Below are positions 18,765 through 27,454 of a stretch of DNA of 64,000 nucleotides, piece by piece. The number at the start of each line of letters is the position of its first letter. The first letter of the stretch is position 1. The notes beneath the pieces are model-generated. The model did not search any database, was not told where the DNA came from, and saw only the letters and a program-made list of their open reading frames with translations. The stretch covers positions 12,201 to 76,200 of the forward strand of contig CAZRVW010000001.1 in assembly GCA_964603645.1 (NCBI GenBank). Direction: 5' to 3'. The position numbers were made by a program, and so were the translations under genes. This stretch comes from an uncultured Novosphingobium sp. GTDB taxonomy: Bacteria; Pseudomonadota; Alphaproteobacteria; Sphingomonadales; Sphingomonadaceae.

Positions 18765-19769
18765 CTACAAGGTAACGCATATCTTGCCGAAGTGGCGCTG
18801 GGATTCCTGGTGGCGATAGGCTTCGGCCAGATCCACCAGCGGATAGGTGCTGTCGATGACCGGGCGCAGGCTGGTGGCTTCGATCCCGCGCACCATGGCG
18901 AGCTGATCGTCGCGACTGCCGACCGCGACACCCTGCACCGTCAGCTGCCTGCCGAAAATGCGGTATGTCGGTATCTCTCCGGCCAGCCCCGCAAGCACGC
19001 CGATCAGCGAGATGTATCCGCTGACTCGCGCGGCTTCGATCGATTGCGCAAGGGTTCCGGCCCCACCGATTTCGACGACAAGATCGACGCCGCGGCCATC
19101 GGTGAAATCCAATGCCGGTTTGCTCCACTCGGGAGTTTCCCGGTAATTGATGACATGATCTGCGCCGAGCGTGCGCAATCTCTCGAGTTTCTCCTCGGAC
19201 GATGACGTCGCGATCACGCGTGCACCGGCAGCCTTGGCGAACTGCAGGGCAAAGATCGACACGCCGCCCGTTCCTTGCGTAAGGACCCAATCGCCCGGCT
19301 TGATACGGGGCCTGTCGATCACCGCTTTCCAGGCAGTTATGCCTGCACAGGTAAGCGTCGCCGCTTCGGCATAGCTGTAACCGGCTGGCATCTTCGTCAC
19401 CCAGTTTTCGGGCACGGCAACGTATTGCGCCGCATAGCCATCGATATTCTCGCCAGGCAGTTCGGTACGGACGAGATCGTCCGCTTCGCCGCTCTGCCAG
19501 CGGGGATAGAACAGGCTGAACACGTCATCGCCTGCCTTAAGTTGCTCGACCCCTTCACCCACCTCGACGACCCGCCCGGCTCCGTCGGACATCAGCACGC
19601 GGCCATCGGCAACCGGCATCTGGCCGTTGGCCACAACGTAATCGTGGTAGTTCAGCGAATTCGCGCGAACCTCGATCAGGACCTGCCCGAATGCGACGAC
19701 AGGCCTTGGACGCTGCGCCATGGCCAGATTATCAAGGCCGCCAGGCGCCTTGAGCGTCATGGCTTTCAT
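18765..19769 (-). CDS. MDR-family NAD(P)-dependent oxidoreductase (alcohol dehydrogenase/quinone reductase-like)
   Basis: Start ATG 19769 overlapping upstream stop; SLNYHD, SDGAG, CAGITAW, QGTGGVS, HFGKICV. Confidence 0.88.
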   Translation of the reverse strand: MKAMTLKAPGGLDNLAMAQRPRPVVAFGQVLIEVRANSLNYHDYVVANGQMPVADGRVLMSDGAGRVVEVGEGVEQLKAGDDVFSLFYPRWQSGEADDLVRTELPGENIDGYAAQYVAVPENWVTKMPAGYSYAEAATLTCAGITAWKAVIDRPRIKPGDWVLTQGTGGVSIFALQFAKAAGARVIATSSSEEKLERLRTLGADHVINYRETPEWSKPALDFTDGRGVDLVVEIGGAGTLAQSIEAARVSGYISLIGVLAGLAGEIPTYRIFGRQLTVQGVAVGSRDDQLAMVRGIEATSLRPVIDSTYPLVDLAEAYRHQESQRHFGKICVTL

Positions 19770-20710
19770 GACGCTGTTAGAGCTTCCCGCCGCGCTCTCG
19801 CATCGCTGCCCAGCATGTCCATCACCATCGCGCGCTTCAGGAACAGGTGCGCGTCGCACTCGTTCGTAAAGCCCATGCCGCCATGCGTCTGGATGTTGGC
19901 CTTGGCGTTCTCCAGCGCTGCGCGCTTGGCGAGTGTGCGGGCAGCAGCAGCTTCCACCGCATCGTCCATGCCCGCGCCAAACACGGTCGCGGCGAACAAC
20001 GTCTGCGTATCGGCCGCAGACGCCCGTGTCGCCATGTCTGCACAGGAATGCTTGATCGCCTGGAACGCGCCGATCGGCTGGCCGAACTGCTCGCGCTGCT
20101 TGGCGTATTCGACCGCCATGTCGGTGGTCGCCTGGGCAATGCCGGTGAGGTAGGCGGCGACCAGAACTTCAATCCGAAGCGCAGGCTGGGCATTGCCCGC
20201 CCCGCCCTCGATCCGCTCGAACGTCACGGTGTTATCGAGACCGCCATCGGTGGCGGATAGCGAGAGGTCACTGCGGGCGCGCAAGGACGCGCCGCCGGGA
20301 CCGAACACCACCACCCACTCAGCGCCTTCGCCGTCGAGGACATAGCCGTCCGCGATTCCAAACGCAGCGCGCGTCTCGCCCGAAATCAGGGCATCGCGCG
20401 TCGCCTCGTCAGTCGCGAGATGCGGCGCGCATAGCTGCGCCAGAACGCCGGGTGACACGAGATGACGGCCGAGCGCGCGGGCGACCAGCGCCTCTTCGGG
20501 CAAGCCAAGACCAAGCCCGCCCTGATCCTCGGGGAGGCCGAGGCCAAAAAGGCCCAGCTCGCATAGTTGGCTCCACACTTCGGATTCCGCCGCACCGCCG
20601 TGCGCTTTATCCTCGCGGAGACGCTCGACCGGGAGCATGTCGGAGAGGAACGAGACGATCGTATCCTCGATCGCGCTCTGGTCTTCATCGGGTATCAGGT
20701 CGACGATCAT
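19766..20710 (-). CDS. Acyl-CoA dehydrogenase, short beta-type subunit
   Basis: 314 aa; REQFGQPIGAFQAIKH, QTHGGMGFT; lacks the SEP motif; stop/start overlap with the alpha subunit. Confidence 0.85.
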   Translation of the reverse strand: MIVDLIPDEDQSAIEDTIVSFLSDMLPVERLREDKAHGGAAESEVWSQLCELGLFGLGLPEDQGGLGLGLPEEALVARALGRHLVSPGVLAQLCAPHLATDEATRDALISGETRAAFGIADGYVLDGEGAEWVVVFGPGGASLRARSDLSLSATDGGLDNTVTFERIEGGAGNAQPALRIEVLVAAYLTGIAQATTDMAVEYAKQREQFGQPIGAFQAIKHSCADMATRASAADTQTLFAATVFGAGMDDAVEAAAARTLAKRAALENAKANIQTHGGMGFTNECDAHLFLKRAMVMDMLGSDARARREALTAS

Positions 20711-21858
20711 ACCGCTTTTGGTCCTTTCGGCAGGCCGAGCACCCGCTCACCGATGGTGTTGCGGCGAATTTCGGAGGTTCCGCCACCGATCGCCCACTTG
20801 AAGCATTCGAGGAAATGCGCCGGGTAGTTGTAGCCCGCGCGTTCGAGCGAATGCGGGCCGAGCAGGTCAAAAGCTGCCGCGTTAACCCGCCGTGTCAGTT
20901 CGCCGAAATAGAGCGCGACGATATTGCCTCCCGCACCCGGCACCGTCTCGTGCATGCCGCGCGAAATCGAAGCGGCCGTGAGCGAGCGCAACGCCATGAC
21001 TTCGGACTTGAGCACGGCGAGCATTTCGAGCTGGGCATCGTCGGCGCCGCCGGGAGCCTCCTTCACCGCCTCGATCACCCGGTCGACCCGCGTCGCCAGC
21101 TCGATCTGGTGCGCGACGGTGCCGGTGCCGCGCTCGAAGCCGAGCGTGGTCATGGCCGTCTTCCAGCCCTGGTTGACTTCGCCAACCACGTTCTTGAGCG
21201 GTATCCGCACGTCATCGTAGAAGCACTGGGCGAAGTGTTCGAGGCCCGCCATGGTCTTGATCGGCCGCACTTCGAGGCCGGGAGCCTGCATGTCGCCGAT
21301 GATCCAGGTGAGGCCGCGATGCCGCGTCTCGTCGGGGTCAGTGCGCACCAGCAGCTCCTGCCAGCGGGCGTGCTGGGCATAGGTGGTCCAGATCTTGGTG
21401 CCGTTGATGACGAGGTCGTCACCGTCGATCTCGCCCTTGCACTTGAGGCCGGGCAAGTCCGATCCGGCACCTGGTTCTGAGAAGCCCTGACACCAGTTCT
21501 CGGTGCCGTTGAGGATGGTCGGCAGATAGCGCGACTTCTGCTCATCGTTGCCGGAGACGATCAGGGTCGGCCCGGCATGGCTGAGGGCCACGAACATGCA
21601 GCCGGAGGGTGGGCCGCCGGCCAGCGCATATTCCTCGTGCCAGATGAGCTGTTCAAGCACCGAAGCGCCGCGCCCGCCATACTCGGTTGGCCAATTGATC
21701 CCGGCCCAGCCGCCTTCATGTTGCTTTGCCTGCCAGGCGAGATCGAAGTCACGCATGGCTTCGCCATCATCGGGCCGGTTCGTGGGCACATTGTCGGCCA
21801 GCCAGTCGCGGCATTCCCAACGAAACTGCGCCAGCTCTGCGGATTCGACGATCTTCAT
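20707..21858 (-). CDS. Acyl-CoA dehydrogenase, alpha-type subunit
   Basis: Start ATG 21858; WCQGFSEPGAGSDL, NGTKIWT, LGFERG, IGGGTSEIRRN. Confidence 0.9.
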   Translation of the reverse strand: MKIVESAELAQFRWECRDWLADNVPTNRPDDGEAMRDFDLAWQAKQHEGGWAGINWPTEYGGRGASVLEQLIWHEEYALAGGPPSGCMFVALSHAGPTLIVSGNDEQKSRYLPTILNGTENWCQGFSEPGAGSDLPGLKCKGEIDGDDLVINGTKIWTTYAQHARWQELLVRTDPDETRHRGLTWIIGDMQAPGLEVRPIKTMAGLEHFAQCFYDDVRIPLKNVVGEVNQGWKTAMTTLGFERGTGTVAHQIELATRVDRVIEAVKEAPGGADDAQLEMLAVLKSEVMALRSLTAASISRGMHETVPGAGGNIVALYFGELTRRVNAAAFDLLGPHSLERAGYNYPAHFLECFKWAIGGGTSEIRRNTIGERVLGLPKGPKAV

Positions 21859-23309
21859 TGAAACATTGCCTTCAGCTCTCCTAGAGCGACTTTCAGCGAT
21901 TGATTGCGCGGTAGCGCGTCCACAATGCGGATGTCCACCGGTTGCTGCCACGCCAACAGCCGGTCGGCAAGATAGGCGCGCAATTCCTCTGGACTCGCCT
22001 GCTTACCCGGCAGCAGCTCGACAGCCGCCACCGGCACTTCGCCAAGCCGCGCATCGGCGATTCCCAGCGCGGCGGCATCGGCAACGGTCTCATGCTCGCA
22101 CAGCGCGGAAGCGATCGTCTCGGGCAGCACCTTGAAGCCGCCGCGATTGATCGCGCCATCAGCGCGACCGTCGATGAACAGGAACCCTTCGCTGTCGATA
22201 TGGGCAAGGTCGGTGGTGCGGATCCAGTCAGGCCCGATGCGTTCGGCGAGCACTTCGAGCACGCCTTGCTCACCCGCCGATAGTTCCTCGCCGCTGTCGG
22301 CATCGAGCACGCGCAGTTTCGCAGTGGGGATGGCGCGCCCGCTGCTGCCGCGCTTGGCCTTGCCGAATTCCCGGTAAAGCTCGGGCGTCCATGCCGCGAC
22401 GACCCCCGCGAACTCGGTCGCGCCATAGGCAAGGGTTACCGCAACGCCATACTTTTCCTCAAACTCGGCCTGCTGGTCGGGGTCGATCTTGCCGCCGCCG
22501 ACGCCCACCACTTCAAGGCTGGCGAGCCGATCGGGCGGAACATCGCTGTCGAGCATCATGCGAATGCCCGCCGGGGGGAGCGAACCCCGCGTCGGCCGGA
22601 ATTCGCGGATCGCCTCTGCCCATTCGCGCGGTCGGAACCGGTCAAGCAGGACCAGCGGCTGCCGGTTCATCAGCGGAGGCATGGCATAGCTGAGCCCGGA
22701 AATATTGCCCAGCGGCGCGGCCATGATCTGCGGTTTTGTTCCGCCGCTCCCGGCATACATGGTGCCACTGGCGGCGAGCGAGCGGGTGATGGTCTCGCGG
22801 CTCAGGGGCACCTGCTTGGGAGCGCCGGTGGTTCCCGAAGACAGCAGTTCCAGCGCGGTTTCGGCCGGCGGCTCGTCGAACGGTCCGTTACCGCGTTGCA
22901 AGAGCACAGCAACGCCACTGCAATCCGCACCGTCCGATACTGCAATCGCCATGCTTCCGGCCTTGCGCGCGGCGGCGAGCACTTTTTCGGTCCAGTCATC
23001 GTGTTCCGCCACAATCGTCGGCCTGCGCAGCCGTTCGATGTCGGCGGCGAGCCGCGCCGGGCTTTGCGCGGAATGGATCATGGTGAGCGCGCGCCCTGCA
23101 TCGAGTGCGCCCGCCATCGTCGCGACATGGGCCGGGCGGTTGCGCGCCACCAGCGCGATACCGCCATCGGGCCCCGCCGCCTTGAGCACGGCGCCTGCCG
23201 TCTTCGCCATCCAGTCGCGGCTGTACCAGCGTCCGCCGTAATGGACGCAGTTCTCGCTGCCGGGAAAGAGCAGGTCTGGAATGACCGGGAAGGAAGCTGG
23301 CCGAGACAC
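21855..23309 (-). CDS. AMP-forming acyl-CoA ligase (paralog of 8585..10111)
   Basis: GTG start after GGGAG; SSGTTGAPK, YGATEFAG, RTTDL, GRADG, SLKV. Confidence 0.85.
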   Translation of the reverse strand: MSRPASFPVIPDLLFPGSENCVHYGGRWYSRDWMAKTAGAVLKAAGPDGGIALVARNRPAHVATMAGALDAGRALTMIHSAQSPARLAADIERLRRPTIVAEHDDWTEKVLAAARKAGSMAIAVSDGADCSGVAVLLQRGNGPFDEPPAETALELLSSGTTGAPKQVPLSRETITRSLAASGTMYAGSGGTKPQIMAAPLGNISGLSYAMPPLMNRQPLVLLDRFRPREWAEAIREFRPTRGSLPPAGIRMMLDSDVPPDRLASLEVVGVGGGKIDPDQQAEFEEKYGVAVTLAYGATEFAGVVAAWTPELYREFGKAKRGSSGRAIPTAKLRVLDADSGEELSAGEQGVLEVLAERIGPDWIRTTDLAHIDSEGFLFIDGRADGAINRGGFKVLPETIASALCEHETVADAAALGIADARLGEVPVAAVELLPGKQASPEELRAYLADRLLAWQQPVDIRIVDALPRNQSLKVALGELKAMFQ

Positions 23310-23342
23310 CTCCCTGCCCTATCTCCGTCATGATGGAAGTGC

Positions 23343-23360
23343 AATAGAGGATGCTCTATT
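23343..23360. promoter_or_regulatory. Candidate operator, motif 1
   Basis: Perfect 7-4-7 palindrome AATAGAG-GATG-CTCTATT in a divergent intergenic region. Confidence 0.7.
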
Positions 23361-23397
23361 GGGCATTATGGACTCGACATGCACCCCAAATCGCGGC

Positions 23398-23415
23398 AAT
23401 AGAGGACACCCTATT
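23398..23415. promoter_or_regulatory. Candidate operator, motif 1
   Basis: AATAGAG-GACA-CCCTATT, 55 bp from the first copy and immediately before the GAGGAG RBS. Confidence 0.7.
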
Positions 23416-23433
23416 AAGCCGAGGAGCGAGAAA

Positions 23434-24696
23434 ATGGCCACGACGAGCGAAAAGACGAAGGACGACGGCCTCGTCCGCAGCATGCTGACCGACGAGTCGA
23501 TCCAGTTGATGCGAGACCGTATCGGCTATCCGAATCCGACCGTCCGCACCGGCTTCACCGAAGACCCCTGGAACACGACGTGCAACGACGATGCGATCCG
23601 CAAATTCGCCTACTGCATGGGTGACGACAATCCGCTCTATTGCGATCCGGAATATGCGAAGAACACGCGCTGGGGCCAGGTCATCGCGCAGCCGGGCTTC
23701 GAGAAGTCCATGGGCATCATGGGCAATGCGCTCATGCCCAGCGAAGAGTTCGCCAAGGAAACCAGCAAAGCGCTGCGCGGCGTGCAGCTGTTCCATTCAG
23801 GCGGCGAAAACTTCTACTGGGCGCCGATCACCGAAGGCGTGAAGCTGTGGCGCTCGCGCTACGTCAAGCAGGTCGACGTCAAGGAATCGGACTATGCCGG
23901 GCGTTCCGCCATCGTCACCAACGGCCTGTGCATGTGGGACGAGAACGACAAGGTCTATGTCGACGGCGTCGACTGGTTCGTTCATGCCGAACGCAAGAAG
24001 CGTACCGACGAGAAGTCGAAATACGCCAAGGAAGAGCCTGCCTTCTACACCGACGAGGAACTGAAGGAGATCGAGGACTGCTACGACAACGAATTCCGTC
24101 GCGGCGCCGATACGCTCTACTATGAAGACGTCGAGGTCGGGAGCGCCATGCCGAAGATGGTCAAGGGCCCCTTCACCATCACCGACCTGATCAACATGCA
24201 CATGGGTACCGGCTGGATCCTCTACGGCTGCTGGCCAAACCGCCTCGCCTACGAGGGCCGCAAGAAGCTGCGCGGCTTCTACACCCGCGATGAACACAAT
24301 TCATGGGATACGCTGCAGCGCGTCCACTGGGACAAGGTCCTGGCCGACAAGGTCGGCGTCAAGATGCTGTACGACATCGGCGCAGTCCGTCAGTTCCACG
24401 TTTCGAACTACCTGACGAACTTTGCCGGTGACGATGCCTTCATCCACCGCATCAAGTTCGAGTTCCGCCGCTTCAACTACACCGGCGACGTCACCTGGCT
24501 GACCGGCGAGGTTGTCGACAAGCGGATCGACGAAAAGCTTGGCCCGGTGGTCGAAGTCGTTTTGCGCGGCACCAACCAGCGCGGCAACGACAACATCAAC
24601 GCCACCTCGACGATCATGGTCGCGAGCCGCGAGCACGGCCCGGTCAAGCTGCCCGAGCCGCCCGCGCCGACGCCGCATCGTCGGCCGACGCCTTGA
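23434..24696 (+). CDS. Double hot-dog (MaoC/FAS1-like) acyl-CoA dehydratase/hydratase
   Basis: Start ATG 23434 after GAGGAG; GDDNPLYCDPEYA..TRWG in the first domain; YYEDVEVG, RVHWD, FRRFNYTGD in the second. Confidence 0.75.
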   Translation: MATTSEKTKDDGLVRSMLTDESIQLMRDRIGYPNPTVRTGFTEDPWNTTCNDDAIRKFAYCMGDDNPLYCDPEYAKNTRWGQVIAQPGFEKSMGIMGNALMPSEEFAKETSKALRGVQLFHSGGENFYWAPITEGVKLWRSRYVKQVDVKESDYAGRSAIVTNGLCMWDENDKVYVDGVDWFVHAERKKRTDEKSKYAKEEPAFYTDEELKEIEDCYDNEFRRGADTLYYEDVEVGSAMPKMVKGPFTITDLINMHMGTGWILYGCWPNRLAYEGRKKLRGFYTRDEHNSWDTLQRVHWDKVLADKVGVKMLYDIGAVRQFHVSNYLTNFAGDDAFIHRIKFEFRRFNYTGDVTWLTGEVVDKRIDEKLGPVVEVVLRGTNQRGNDNINATSTIMVASREHGPVKLPEPPAPTPHRRPTP

Positions 24697-24723
24697 TCGC
24701 AACCTAATTCCTTGGGAGAGGAA

Positions 24724-24753
24724 GCGCCGACTCGGTTCAGGCCGGGTCGGCGC
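24724..24753. other. Intercistronic stem-loop (mRNA stabiliser or partial terminator)
   Basis: GCGCCGACTCGG-TTCAGG-CCGGGTCGGCGC between co-directional genes. Confidence 0.5.
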
Positions 24754-24773
24754 AATCATTTGGGATAAGAACA

Positions 24774-25568
24774 ATGTCCGATGCAATCGCCTGGCTGCGC
24801 GAGGAATGCGAGGAACTGGAAGCCTTGCTCAAGGGCCTTTCCGAGGCCGACTGGGACCTCGTCACCGATTACAAGGAATGGACCATTGCCGACCAGGTGA
24901 TGCACCTGCATCAGGTCGACATGTGGGGCATCAGGGCTGTCACCGACCCCGAGAACTGGGACGACTACGTCAAGTCCGTCCGTGCCTATCAGGCCGAAGG
25001 CAAGACCCACTATGACGTCGCGCGCGAGCTGTTCGGCCAGATGCCGCGCTCCGAGCTCCTTTCGCTGTGGAGCAATGGCTGGCGCGAGCTGATCGGCAAA
25101 CTCGAAGCGGTCGTCGGCGACGACAAGCTGCCATGGTTCGGCCCGCCGATGCGTCCCGATTCCTTTGCCGGTGCGCGCCAGATGGAGACCTGGGCGCATG
25201 GCCAGCGGATCTGGGACGTGCTCGGCAAGACCCGCAGGCCGACCGAGCGGATCAAGGGCATCTGCGAGCTTGGCGTTCGCACACAGGGCTGGACTTTCGC
25301 CAACCGCAAGATCGAGCGCCCGCCGGTGGCGCGAGTGGAGCTGACTTCTCCAGGCGGCGAGCAATGGGTCTGGAATCCCGACGCCGAAGGGCTGGTGAAA
25401 GGCAGTGCGCTCGATTTCGCGCTGGTCGTGGTCCAATCGCGCAATGTCGCCGATACCGGTTTGATCTGCGAGGGCGACAATGCCAAGGCGTGGATGGCGA
25501 TTGCCCAGGCCTATGCCGGGGTGCCCGCCGATCCGCCCAAGCCCGGCACGCTCAAGGTGCCGAAATAG
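24774..25568 (+). CDS. MDMPI/DinB-superfamily metal-binding protein (TIGR03084-like)
   Basis: WTIADQVMHL, LPWFGPPM, ARQMETWAHGQ, GSALDFALVV. Confidence 0.75.
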   Translation: MSDAIAWLREECEELEALLKGLSEADWDLVTDYKEWTIADQVMHLHQVDMWGIRAVTDPENWDDYVKSVRAYQAEGKTHYDVARELFGQMPRSELLSLWSNGWRELIGKLEAVVGDDKLPWFGPPMRPDSFAGARQMETWAHGQRIWDVLGKTRRPTERIKGICELGVRTQGWTFANRKIERPPVARVELTSPGGEQWVWNPDAEGLVKGSALDFALVVVQSRNVADTGLICEGDNAKAWMAIAQAYAGVPADPPKPGTLKVPK

Positions 25569-25587
25569 CATCTATCTGGGAGTCCCC

Positions 25588-26358
25588 ATGGCCGAAGTCT
25601 CGCTGAGCCGCCCGTCCGATCACATCGCCGTCATCCGTATCGACCGGCCCGAGGCAATGAACGCCTTGAGCCTCAGCGTACGCCAGAAAGTCGCCGAATT
25701 CCTTCACGAGCTCAACGAAGATGACGAGACCCGGGTCATCGTGCTGACCGGTGGCGAAAAGGTCTTCGCCGCGGGCGCGGACGTCGCCGAACTGAACAAG
25801 CGTGACGTCCTCAGCAAGCAGTTCCGCTTGTCGCGCGTCGCCTGGGATGCGCTCGACTCCTGCCGCAAGCCGCTCATCGCTGCGGTCAACGGCTATGCGC
25901 TGGGCGGCGGCTTCGAAATGGCCCTGCATTGCGACATCATCATTGCCGGCGACGAGACGAAAGTCGGCCAGCCTGAAGTGCGGCTCGGCATCATGCCCGG
26001 CGCGGGCGGCACCCAGCGATTCGTGCGCGCCACCGGCAAGTACCAGGCGATGCGCTGGCTAATGACCGGCGACCAGATGCCTGCCCAGACCGCTTACGAA
26101 ATCGGCCTGATTTCCGAAGTCGTGCCCGAAGCAGAGGTGCAGGCACACGCGATGAAGTTGGCCGAGAAAATCGCGCGCTTGCCCCCGCTCGCCATCGAGG
26201 CAAGCAAGCAGGCGGTGATCATGGGCGCGGAAGCTTCGCTGCCGACCGCGCTCGCTTTCGAGAACAAGATCTTTCAGCTTCTGTTCGCGAGCGAAGACAA
26301 GAACGAGGGGACCAGCGCCTTCCTTGAAAAGCGCAGGCCCACCTTCAAGGGCGAGTAA
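25588..26358 (+). CDS. Enoyl-CoA hydratase (PaaF/DcaE-like, both catalytic Glu present)
   Basis: Start ATG 25588 after GGGAG; FAAGAD, ALGGGFE, GQPEVRLGIMPGAGGTQR. Confidence 0.92.
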   Translation: MAEVSLSRPSDHIAVIRIDRPEAMNALSLSVRQKVAEFLHELNEDDETRVIVLTGGEKVFAAGADVAELNKRDVLSKQFRLSRVAWDALDSCRKPLIAAVNGYALGGGFEMALHCDIIIAGDETKVGQPEVRLGIMPGAGGTQRFVRATGKYQAMRWLMTGDQMPAQTAYEIGLISEVVPEAEVQAHAMKLAEKIARLPPLAIEASKQAVIMGAEASLPTALAFENKIFQLLFASEDKNEGTSAFLEKRRPTFKGE

Positions 26359-26388
26359 TCGGCGAGCGAGCCAGCACCCGCCCAGCCC

Positions 26389-27450
26389 TTACAATTCCAT
26401 CATGCCCGCATAGCGCTCGACCTGCGCGCCGGCCCCGCCGTGCCGCATCTCGAAAGCGATCAACTGGCGGAAGTGATGGCCGACCGGATATTCTTCGGTC
26501 ACGCCGATGCCGCCGTGAAGCTGGATTCCCTGCGCGCCGACAAAGTGCCCCGCCTGCGCCACCTTGACCCGGCAGGCCGCCGCCATGGCCGAACGGTCGG
26601 AGCCATTGCGCACCAGCGCATCGAGACCGCGCAGCACCACAGAGCGCGCCTGTTCGAGCTCGATGAACATGTCGGCAAGCCGATGCTGGAGTGCCTGAAA
26701 CTGCCCGATCAGCTGGCCATATTGCTGGCGCGTATTGAGATAGTCGCGTGTCAGCTCGAAAGCGGTCTGCATCACGCCCACGGCTTCGGCGCTCTCGACG
26801 ACGTGTTCGCAATCGACAGCATATTCGATGGCTGAGAGCGCATCTTCGGCGATCAGCGTGGCCGAGGTGCCGTCGAGCACCAGATCGCCCGCCGGGCGCA
26901 TGTCGAAATAGAGGTATTCGCGCACCTTCACCGCATCGGCCGCCACTTCGAACAGACCGATCTTGCCCTCACCAATCTTCGCCGAAACGAGAAAACTCGT
27001 TGCCAGAGGCGCGCCGAGAATTGCCGTCTTGGTTCCGGTCAGCACCCAGCCGTCGCCCGCCTTCTCGGCTTTCGTCTCGACCCAGGACGGATCGCCGCCC
27101 TGCCCTGCCTCGACATGGGCAACGAGCGCAATTTCCTCGCCCGAAGCCAATGCTTCGGCGCGCTCGGGTGCAAGCGCCAGGAGCAGCTGCGTCGCCGTCG
27201 CCGCGACCCCGACATAAGGCGCGGCAACCAGCCCCTTGCCCAGTTCCTCGGCAATGATGGCATTGTCGTAGACGTCGCCACCCAGCCCGCCATGGTCTTC
27301 TGGAACGGATACCATCAGCCAGCCAAGCTCAACGAATTGCGCCCATTGCGCGGCCATGTCCGCATCCTTGCCGGCCTCTGCCTCAACCCAGCGGGCCGCC
27401 GCATCGCGGAACATCACCTGTTCGTCTGAGGGGAGTACCTTCATGCCCAT
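26389..27450 (-). CDS. Acyl-CoA dehydrogenase, beta-type subunit (PimD-like)
   Basis: RQQYGQLIGQFQALQHR, QLHGGIGVTEE; lacks the SEP motif. Confidence 0.85.
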   Translation of the reverse strand: MGMKVLPSDEQVMFRDAAARWVEAEAGKDADMAAQWAQFVELGWLMVSVPEDHGGLGGDVYDNAIIAEELGKGLVAAPYVGVAATATQLLLALAPERAEALASGEEIALVAHVEAGQGGDPSWVETKAEKAGDGWVLTGTKTAILGAPLATSFLVSAKIGEGKIGLFEVAADAVKVREYLYFDMRPAGDLVLDGTSATLIAEDALSAIEYAVDCEHVVESAEAVGVMQTAFELTRDYLNTRQQYGQLIGQFQALQHRLADMFIELEQARSVVLRGLDALVRNGSDRSAMAAACRVKVAQAGHFVGAQGIQLHGGIGVTEEYPVGHHFRQLIAFEMRHGGAGAQVERYAGMMEL

Positions 27451-27454
27451 CGGC

